Of a stretch of 10,291 nucleotides of DNA, positions 1 through 6,393 are shown in pieces. The translations under genes were made by a program, and so were the position numbers. How positions within the stretch are numbered: the stretch's first letter is position 1; each line of letters begins with the position of its first letter. Origin of the DNA: an uncultured Myxococcales bacterium (GTDB lineage: Bacteria > Myxococcota > UBA4151); the NCBI GenBank assembly GCA_964013405.1, contig CAXGWI010000131.1, positions 1 to 10,291 on the forward strand, given 5' to 3'. Under the pieces are notes generated by a model. The model was given only the letters and a program-made list of their open reading frames with translations, did not search any database and was not told where the DNA came from.

Positions 1-75
1 CGAGCTTATGATCGTGGGCTCGGCCGGGGCGACTCCGGTTGACGAGGCTAACGGAACCGGTCAGCGCAAACCGCT

Positions 76-1116
76 TCATCGAACCCACTCACTCACGTCT
101 TCTGGGCAGTCGACTGGGAACCCATACTCGTTCCAGCACGCAGGGCTACCGACGACTTTGCCATTTTTATACTCCACATCGAACGCTTTATGACCCCTTT
201 GCTGGTTCCAAACTGTCACTCTCCGGATTTCATCTTCAGAGTTGGAACAAATTGTCATTACGCCTTCTTTACCCTTCATCACTGAGTCAAGCGGGCAGTG
301 TCGCATCTGCGAATAGCCGTACATCAACATGCCGTACACCAAGCAAATAAACATTGCCGGTACTTGCGGCGCAACGGCCGCACTACTCCATTTAAGAATG
401 AAGGGGAGAATGACCAGCCAAGCGAAGCCCCCCATCACCGCAATGATGAGGAGCCTTTCCACATATTCCGATTCGTGTGGTCGCTCGCCAAAGGCCAACT
501 GCACCAATCTACCCCATTTTCCACCGCCATCCAGCCACCACGAGAATGCTGCAAAACTAGGCATCACGACTGACGATAGAATGACGAGCCAAAAGTGTGT
601 GGCAAGTCCGCCCGGCGAACCATGGTCGCCATGGTCATCGCCGGTCTCCGAACCCGACAGAAGGGCATCTGTTGGCTCAAATTCCCTGTGTGCATCCCCT
701 ATCTCCAGTCTCACGGTCGCCCCTGCGCCCGTGAGTTGGCTGATCGCCTCGGCTCTCACATGTGCATCCGGAGTCCAAGGCAGCACGCTGGGTGCACGAT
801 CAACGAGCTCCTTCGACGCTCTGAAACCCAAACCAAACAAGTCCTTAACGACTTTAATGACCGCAATTTTCCGAGGGCCCGCGCTGAACAACACAACTTG
901 CGCCTGACTTGGCGGCCATTCGTCCCCGTCGCTCCCGTCCGCTAGACCAGAGTCTGAGTCTCCTTCCTCGAAGGAGTCAGCTGGGTCATCCGGCTCGCCC
1001 CCATCCTCATTCGAAGCAGACAAAACCTCTTGTTTTGCGGCGCTAAACTCCTCTTGAGTCAGCACACCCTCATCGAACAGTTCCTTCAGGGCCCTCAGTT
1101 TTTCGATGTCCGGCAT
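76..1116 (-). CDS. Membrane protein with N-terminal SHOCT domain, ribosomal L7/L12 C-terminal-like domain, about 3 TM helices and a short C-terminal beta-rich region (346 aa)
   Basis: IEKLRALKELFDEGVLTQEEFSAAKQEVL matches the SHOCT pattern, followed by an acidic linker. VVLFSAGPRKIAVIKVVKDLFGLGFRASKELVDRAPSVL...AISQLTGAGATVRLE resembles the L7/L12 CTD. Three hydrophobic segments follow. GAGAGG lies upstream of the ATG. Confidence 0.85.
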   Translation of the reverse strand: MPDIEKLRALKELFDEGVLTQEEFSAAKQEVLSASNEDGGEPDDPADSFEEGDSDSGLADGSDGDEWPPSQAQVVLFSAGPRKIAVIKVVKDLFGLGFRASKELVDRAPSVLPWTPDAHVRAEAISQLTGAGATVRLEIGDAHREFEPTDALLSGSETGDDHGDHGSPGGLATHFWLVILSSVVMPSFAAFSWWLDGGGKWGRLVQLAFGERPHESEYVERLLIIAVMGGFAWLVILPFILKWSSAAVAPQVPAMFICLVYGMLMYGYSQMRHCPLDSVMKGKEGVMTICSNSEDEIRRVTVWNQQRGHKAFDVEYKNGKVVGSPACWNEYGFPVDCPEDVSEWVR

Positions 1117-1171
1117 TCAAGAGCCTCTCTCTTTAGAGAATTCCCATGTCCCCTTCTTGGCTGAGGTGCGA

Positions 1172-1191
1172 AATCAGGACAAGGGGCTGTG
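1172..1191 (+). repeat. Intergenic repeat copy 1 (AATCAGGACAAGGGGCTGTG)
   Basis: Shares GGACAAGGGGCTGTG (15/15) with 8599-8613 and AATCwGGACAAGGGG (14/15) with 6101-6115. Confidence 0.6.
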
Positions 1192-1268
1192 ATTGACGGG
1201 AGCACCCCCCAAAGTGGGACGTCACGGGCACTCGAAATGACGCGGGATGGGGTCGAAGCAGCCGCGCC

Positions 1269-2663
1269 CTAGTTTGAGGTCTTCTTGATGATCCAATGCC
1301 CCAACAGCGAGAAGGTCCCCGCGATCACGACGCCGCCGAAGAGGATAAAGACAGCCATCGTGACCGGATCCAAGAAGCGCCACTCGAGGTTCACGCCGAA
1401 GTAGCCCAACCACAGACCACTCATGGCGATGGCCAGGCCACCGATGGTGACATGACGCTCAAAGCGTTCCATCCTCATCTTGGCGCTCTCTTGAGCGGCT
1501 AGCAGCTTGCGCTCGTGTTCTTGAGAGACAAAACTGACCGTGAGCTGGATTGCTTCTCGAACCAAGTCGAAGCGACGATCGAGCCGAAACTGCTCTTCTA
1601 ATAGGTCACAGAAGAGTTGCTCTCTGCGGCTCTCGAGGCGCAGTTCCGGCTGATAAGCACTCGCTAGAAACTGGATAAACTGACGCTCAAGGTCCTGAAA
1701 CAGCTCCACTTGGCCGCGACCTGCCAGTTTTCCAGCGTAGTCAGCGACCTCGTGCTTGAGCCCGGCAAGAATCAGCGATTGGAGCTGGAACGAGCGGTAA
1801 TGGGCCCATTGCTCACTGAAGAACTTCGATGGAACCGTCGCTTTCAGATGTTGGTTGCTGCCAGGATCGAAGACCAGCACGCCATGACTGCGGCCCGTCG
1901 CGAGAAACCAAGCGTTCTCTTGAAGTTTCTTTAAACCAGGCGCCTCCGGCCCGAGCACATCGGCTTCGTCTTTTTTTGGCCATTGCCTTGAGCAAAGTAG
2001 CGAAGAACGAAGTGTCGCCTGCTCCCCCACTTCAAGCCCTTCAACCACCAAGCTAAAATATGGGTAGATTCGGGGCTTTGGGCCCGCCTCGATCGCCTCG
2101 ACATGGCTGCTTTCAGGCCACAGGTTGTGCAGCAGAAGCGCAGGTAGGGGCTGAGCTGTCTCAGGCTCATGAAAGAGTGGGAGCGGGTTTCCGCCATTGA
2201 TACACTCTGGCTCTTCCTCGTAATGCACTTGGAAGCCGGAATCCCCGTACCTGCAATGGGCTGCAAGGCTTAGGAAGCTTACCCAATCCTTATGGCTTGT
2301 CCCCTCTTTCGGGCTCAGCTCGATCGATAAGAGCCCAACCCCATGTTCAGACAAGGTGAGCAGCACGCTTTCTTTCGCCTTCGAGGAGAGCGTCAGTTCA
2401 ACTGGGCTCTCTTTATCGCGTCTAAAACTCCACACTACCTCATTGCGGTGAAAGCCTTCAGCCCCTGCGATCAGTTTCTGGTTCAAGTGCCAACATTTGG
2501 GTGGAGATGGCTCTCGATCGTCTCCAGCCATTGACTGCCAAAATGCACCTCCAGACCGCATCTTCCGGTTCTCAACTGCAGCGACAACCTCCCCATAATG
2601 GCGCTGGCTGAATTTGAAGGGGTAGACCCAGCGCACCCTGCCTTTCGCTGTCACTTCTGCCAT
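1269..2663 (-). CDS. CorA-like membrane protein, large soluble N-terminal domain + 2 C-terminal TM helices (about 464 aa from MAEVTAK); putative defence effector/channel
   Basis: A long helical stalk (RRFDLVREAIQ...MRMERFERHVT) precedes two TM helices. The first ends in YFGVN (1389-1403), a variant of the CorA GMN signature. Start moved to the ATG at 2663 because GGAG lies just upstream; the ORF-track extension to 2747 looks non-coding. Confidence 0.75.
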   Translation of the reverse strand: MAEVTAKGRVRWVYPFKFSQRHYGEVVAAVENRKMRSGGAFWQSMAGDDREPSPPKCWHLNQKLIAGAEGFHRNEVVWSFRRDKESPVELTLSSKAKESVLLTLSEHGVGLLSIELSPKEGTSHKDWVSFLSLAAHCRYGDSGFQVHYEEEPECINGGNPLPLFHEPETAQPLPALLLHNLWPESSHVEAIEAGPKPRIYPYFSLVVEGLEVGEQATLRSSLLCSRQWPKKDEADVLGPEAPGLKKLQENAWFLATGRSHGVLVFDPGSNQHLKATVPSKFFSEQWAHYRSFQLQSLILAGLKHEVADYAGKLAGRGQVELFQDLERQFIQFLASAYQPELRLESRREQLFCDLLEEQFRLDRRFDLVREAIQLTVSFVSQEHERKLLAAQESAKMRMERFERHVTIGGLAIAMSGLWLGYFGVNLEWRFLDPVTMAVFILFGGVVIAGTFSLLGHWIIKKTSN

Positions 2664-3000
2664 ATCTTGTCTCCGCTCATCTGGGGGATGCTGCTCCCGC
2701 TGCCCCTTCCCCATGGGCGAGGCAGAGCACAACGCGCCGCCAACCAATGACCAAGCATGGAGAGACCGTAATCAGTTTCTCTCCAGACCATGGCGTCTTT
2801 TGGCCTTCCCTCCGCTATCTAACTGCCGCCTATCGATTTCGAATTTGTTAAAGAGGTTCCGCCATGCACATCTTGGTACGCACGGCTAAACGGTTCCGGA
2901 AAGTAATCACGGACTGCACGGATAAGATCGCTCTGGTTCTGAACAGACATTTATCTCTTCTCACCTATCTCTCGGTTCTTAGTTCATTCCCACTGGGCTC

Positions 3001-3136
3001 GACAAGACGCCTTGGGGTGAGAAAGCCCCACAAACCAGACCCCCACGCGCCCCTCGGAACGAAGGCTCTTCACCACGATTCGTGTGAAGGTGGGGCTTCA
3101 TTTCCCACCTTGTCTTTGCCTGAACAGGGCGGCAAA
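3001..3136 (+). promoter_or_regulatory. Hairpin-rich leader upstream of the macro-HEPN gene
   Basis: Inverted repeats at 3013-3030, 3068-3089, 3087-3111 (AAGGTGGG/CCCACCTT) and 3115-3136 (TTTGCC/GGCAAA). Confidence 0.35.
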
Positions 3137-3161
3137 CGAACGGGAGAGGACGAATGCAGAG

Positions 3162-4412
3162 ATGTCTGAGACTAAGCCATCGATTCCAGAAGGTACTCTG
3201 ATCTACACCCGTAGCATTCAGACGGCGCTCGGGCCACGGGATGTTCGTTTGTATTGGGGCAATCTCGCAAGCCTGATCCGAGAGGACGCTGTCGCCTTGG
3301 TCAGTGCCAGTGTCTTTCGGCCCGATAATATCGGGAAGGCCTGGCGCAGTCTTGCGGAGAGGTTTCCAGAGCTTGTGGGCGCCGACCAAGCCTTGAGGAA
3401 GCTCGTGACTGCCGAGCCTGAATCTGCCCTGTGGACCATGAGTGAAGATCTGCAAGCCCATTACGACCAATATCGAGATGATTTTGATCCGCCCGCGGTT
3501 TGGGTCAGTCCTGAACTCCCCGCTCGCTCCATGCGCCCCCTGCGACGGGTTTTTGTCGTCCGAAGCATCGCAAAGGAGAACTCTCCATCGGAAGAGCAGG
3601 ACTACAACAACCAACTGCGCGCTTGTTTCACCGCCATCCGAGCCCAGGAGTGTGCCGATCTCATCGAATCCCCTGAGGCGACGCCGTACCAACGTCTGGT
3701 CTTGTCTCCCTTAAGCCTTCGACAGGGTAACAAGCGCGCCGTCGTGTTGTCGGAACTCATTGCGGAAGCCTGTCGCTGGCTCAAAGCCTCGCCCCAGTGG
3801 CGTGCAGTCGACATCGCCTATTGGGATGAGAAGGACCAGGCCGAGGACCTGACGCAACTCCGGGGGGATCTCCTCCAGGAAATCGGCGATCAGCCCCTTG
3901 GCGAGCCCTCGGAAGCCTTGCATCACCTCATCAAGGACCTGCTGAACATCTGTCGGACCCTGGCTCAGGCCATTCGGGGCAAGCCAACGAAGAGTAAACG
4001 TCAATCGGCCGCTTTGTGTCTGGCCCTCGAAGACCTGGAAACCACCCTGAGCCGTCAGGATTTTACGGTGCGAGAGCTGGGCTCCTCGGGAGGTCGATTG
4101 ACGGAGGCGCTGGTGAACTGGCTGTGTGCGGAGCTCCTCAATGGCTATCAGGCCAAAGACTTTTATGACGGAATTGAGCGGCTCGGTGACCGGCGGTCCA
4201 AAAAAGGGAACCTTCGAGATCTCTGGCTCTCGAACTGGTTTCGAAGTTACCTCCATACCCTTCGTATTCTTCGCAACGTGACCGTGCACTCTCAAAGTCC
4301 CGAAGAGGGACAGTTTCCATTACAACCCGTGGAGGCCGATCTCACGGTGATGGTGGCGAGCCTGTTAAGGGTTCTAAGCCTTCAAAACCAGCTCCTTGAG
4401 CAACAAGAATAG
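3162..4412 (+). CDS. Macro-like N-terminal domain fused to C-terminal HEPN/DUF4145-like domain (about 416 aa from MSETKPS)
   Basis: The N-terminus DVRLYWGNLASLIREDAVALVSASVF resembles the first strands of a macro domain. The helical C-terminus GRLTEALV...FYDGIERL...WFRSYLHTLRILRNVTVH carries an RNxxxH HEPN motif (4272-4289). ATG at 3162 has purine-rich GGAGAGGA upstream. Confidence 0.65.
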   Translation: MSETKPSIPEGTLIYTRSIQTALGPRDVRLYWGNLASLIREDAVALVSASVFRPDNIGKAWRSLAERFPELVGADQALRKLVTAEPESALWTMSEDLQAHYDQYRDDFDPPAVWVSPELPARSMRPLRRVFVVRSIAKENSPSEEQDYNNQLRACFTAIRAQECADLIESPEATPYQRLVLSPLSLRQGNKRAVVLSELIAEACRWLKASPQWRAVDIAYWDEKDQAEDLTQLRGDLLQEIGDQPLGEPSEALHHLIKDLLNICRTLAQAIRGKPTKSKRQSAALCLALEDLETTLSRQDFTVRELGSSGGRLTEALVNWLCAELLNGYQAKDFYDGIERLGDRRSKKGNLRDLWLSNWFRSYLHTLRILRNVTVHSQSPEEGQFPLQPVEADLTVMVASLLRVLSLQNQLLEQQE

Positions 4413-4414
4413 AG

Positions 4415-4530
4415 GTGCCGCCGACGCATCGCGGCGTGGTTGTTGTGGCCCGTTATTGGCAAATGGGACGGGGCCCATGCGAGGACGGAGCGCAGGGCTC
4501 CTCATCAGCAAATCGACACCCCGACGGCAC
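4415..4530 (-). other. Structured non-coding segment between the convergent HEPN and RT genes
   Basis: 9-bp closing stem on the minus strand (GUGCCGUCG 4530-4522 with CGGCGGCAC 4423-4415, one G-U), with internal hairpins at 4447-4475 and 4487-4501. Confidence 0.35.
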
Positions 4531-4561
4531 GTCTCTCTCTAGCCAGAAGCGGGACACAAAC

Positions 4562-5830
4562 TCAATCTTCAGCTCGCGGATAGCGGCTTTCGGCGTCTTG
4601 CCGAGCTTGGTGGCGGCCCTTCTTGTGTCGCCAGGCCCAGCCGTAGGCACTTGCCACGCGGAGCTCTCCCCGTAGACCGAGATTCCACCGGGCGGTCAGC
4701 GCGGAGACAGCGTGCCGAATCCGTGTATCCACAGCCCGATAGAGCTCTAAATTCTCGCCCATAGAATAGTAGGGCAAATGCATCCCCTCTGCCCCGGACA
4801 GTTCCCGGTTGAGGTGATTCACGAGGAGCCTAAGTTTATGGCTGGCATCGGCTCGATCTTGCGCCCCTAAAATATCGCTTCGCTGGCGCCCGACCTTACT
4901 GAGGAGTCTCTGGGTCCATCCTTGAGTCTTTTCTTCAGGAATCAGCAATCTGTCGCCGTGAAAACGGAACCCTAGATAATTGAATCCCGTTGCAAATCGC
5001 CCTCGGTGGCTCTTGCTCGGCCGGAGCTCCAGGCCGGCAGCATCAAGTTGCGCACGCAATGCCTCGATGCCCTCCGACAAGCCGGCGTGGTCTCTGGCCG
5101 CAAGGAAAACATCGTCGGTATAGCGCAGGTAGAGCATGTCTTCTCTGGCTGCGAAGGCTTGATCGACGACCGACAGGAAGAGCTGGCCCAACAGTGAGGC
5201 GATGGATAGCCCCGTCGGAACACCCACCTGGCGTCGCTTGCCTTGCCCCCGACCGAAGGCCCAGGGCCGTGCTGGAGTTTCTGTGAGCAACTGCTGAATG
5301 AGCGCCAAGGCTTGGGGCTCTAGCTCGAGTCGTTGGAGCGCTTCGAAGAGCCCCTTGTGGGGAATGGATTCGTAGTACGCGTGAATGTCCGTCTTGAAGA
5401 TGTGCTCCCGACCTTGCAAGCGTCCCTCGTGAATCACGCGGCGAATCATATCTTGGGGCCGAGAAGGGGGCAGCCCGATGCCATGGGCGGCCATCTGGGC
5501 TGCGAGATGGGCGCTGAGTGCTTTCAGGACGACTTGATCTCGGAGCCGGGGAATGTAGACCAAACGCCCCCCACCCCGACGGCCCGGGGGCAAGCGACGC
5601 TCCAGCAAGGGCCCGAATCGGTACAGACCTTGAGCATCTCCGGGTTTGTAGCGGACGAGTCTTCGCTCAATTTCGTCGAGGTGAAAATCCAGTCGAGCAG
5701 CAAAATGCGCCGCCGACTGTCCATCGAGACCGACAGCTGGCCTGCGTTGCTGCGCACCTAACCGCCGTTGGTTCAGTCGCGTCCAAGCTTCCTCAAGGGC
5801 CCCACGGGAAACCCAACTCGGTTCACTCAA
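4562..5830 (-). CDS. Stand-alone reverse transcriptase (422 aa), group II-like / UG17(DRT10)-like
   Basis: RT0-like AVGLDG; RLVYIPRLRDQVVLKAL; motif A KTDIHAYYESIPH; motif B GVPTGLSIASLLGQLFL; catalytic RYTDD (YTDD 5111-5122); FNYLGFRF; thumb-like LVNHLNRELSG...YYS...YRAVDTRI. No HNH, Cas1 or RNase H fusion is visible. The TTG start overlaps the upstream TGA (TTGA). RT identity is secure; the subclass is not. Confidence 0.93.
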   Translation of the reverse strand: MSEPSWVSRGALEEAWTRLNQRRLGAQQRRPAVGLDGQSAAHFAARLDFHLDEIERRLVRYKPGDAQGLYRFGPLLERRLPPGRRGGGRLVYIPRLRDQVVLKALSAHLAAQMAAHGIGLPPSRPQDMIRRVIHEGRLQGREHIFKTDIHAYYESIPHKGLFEALQRLELEPQALALIQQLLTETPARPWAFGRGQGKRRQVGVPTGLSIASLLGQLFLSVVDQAFAAREDMLYLRYTDDVFLAARDHAGLSEGIEALRAQLDAAGLELRPSKSHRGRFATGFNYLGFRFHGDRLLIPEEKTQGWTQRLLSKVGRQRSDILGAQDRADASHKLRLLVNHLNRELSGAEGMHLPYYSMGENLELYRAVDTRIRHAVSALTARWNLGLRGELRVASAYGWAWRHKKGRHQARQDAESRYPRAED

Positions 5831-6030
5831 GAGTCTGCGTCTACCTCGCCTTCGGCTTCCACAGGCTCGGGCTTCGGTGGCGGATTACTGACAAAATCAG
5901 CGAGCATTCTCGAGAGCTCCATGGCCTCGTCCTGACTGAGGCGCCAGGAGTGCTTACCGATGGACAACAAGACCCGATCTCGCTTTTCGTCCCGAGGCCG
6001 ATCTTCGATGGGATGAGAGACTGTAATCAT
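5827..6030 (-). CDS. Small hypothetical protein (67 aa, MITVSHPIEDRP...), RT-coupled accessory candidate
   Basis: GGAGG Shine-Dalgarno (6035-6039) sits before the ATG at 6030, and the stop overlaps the RT start codon. The sequence suggests a strand-strand-helix pattern (RVLLSIGKHSWRLSQDEAMELSRMLADFV) with an acidic/Pro tail and no TM segment. Confidence 0.75.
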   Translation of the reverse strand: MITVSHPIEDRPRDEKRDRVLLSIGKHSWRLSQDEAMELSRMLADFVSNPPPKPEPVEAEGEVDADS

Positions 6031-6034
6031 ATCG

Positions 6035-6039
6035 CCTCC
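6035..6039 (-). promoter_or_regulatory. Ribosome-binding site of the small ORF-RT operon
   Basis: GGAGG on the minus strand, 4 nt upstream of ATG 6030. Confidence 0.7.
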
Positions 6040-6047
6040 ATTGCATT

Positions 6048-6262
6048 GCGCCCTTGCTCGTGCACCGAGCTTTCCAAGCACCGCTTATCCCGACCTGCTG
6101 AATCTGGACAAGGGGATCTGATGGATGGTGGCTGGTGGGGCTCAACGATCGGGTCCTACCCACTGCTGATGACGCTCTAGAGCGCAAGTGCCCTTGGGTT
6201 GTGGGCAAACACGAGAGAGGCCGCGAGCATGACCTCGCCAGCGCTCCAGACACGAGGGGCGC
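6048..6262 (-). ncRNA. Putative structured RT-associated non-coding RNA
   Basis: A 12-bp closing stem (GCGCCC-ttg-CTCGTG 6048-6062 with CACGAGGGGCGC 6251-6262) encloses tandem short hairpins at 6087-6117, 6135-6163, 6173-6184, 6189-6207 and 6217-6236. It lies directly upstream of the RT operon. Confidence 0.4.
6101..6115 (+). repeat. Intergenic repeat copy 2 (AATCTGGACAAGGGG)
   Basis: 14/15 identical to 1172-1186. Confidence 0.55.
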
Positions 6263-6393
6263 CGCCGTCTCAAGCGCCAACGCAAAACTTGCCCCAGACA
6301 ACATGACTCGATTTTTGCCCATTTTTAGTTGCTACAAACCGGGTTCTGGATTCACGGATTGCGATGGTTCGCGTTCCCTTCTAGCTTAAGGCC

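Noticed and set aside
1..42. 3' end of a plus-strand gene entering the window (RAYDRGLGRGDSG-stop)
   Set aside because: Too short to support without upstream sequence.
703..900. Genuine rplL gene
   Set aside because: Only the CTD-like part is present, inside a membrane protein, without the N-terminal dimerisation domain or rplJ/rpoB context.
4481..4508. Hammerhead ribozyme (minus strand CUGAUGA followed by the GGAGC/GCUCC stem)
   Set aside because: The stem is followed by GUCC rather than the essential GAAA.
4453..4650. 65-aa minus-strand ORF overlapping the RT 3' end
   Set aside because: It overlaps the RT by about 90 nt, has no clear RBS or recognisable motif, and the RT C-terminus reads plausibly in its own frame.
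6166..6188. Hammerhead ribozyme (plus strand CUGAUGA followed by the CGCUC/GAGCG stem)
   Set aside because: Followed by CAAG, not GAAA, so the core is incomplete.
4562..6262. Classical retron (msr-msd + RT)
   Set aside because: The RT has an RT0 GLDG segment and lacks the retron NAxxH and VTG signatures; no long msd hairpin was seen.
5518..6389. Alternative ORFs 5518-6180(+), 5954-6322(-) and 6135-6389(+), plus other antisense ORFs such as 329-907, 2979-3692, 3711-4295 and 7047-7823
   Set aside because: Shadow frames of GC-rich genes, or Arg/Ser/Pro-rich low-information translations without an RBS or domain signal.
4413..6393. Group II intron encoding the RT
   Set aside because: No GUGYG 5' end with a several-hundred-nt ribozyme before the ORF, and no domain V (AGC/CGC triad, GNRA hairpin) or domain VI visible after the stop. 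The RT is coupled to an upstream small gene.
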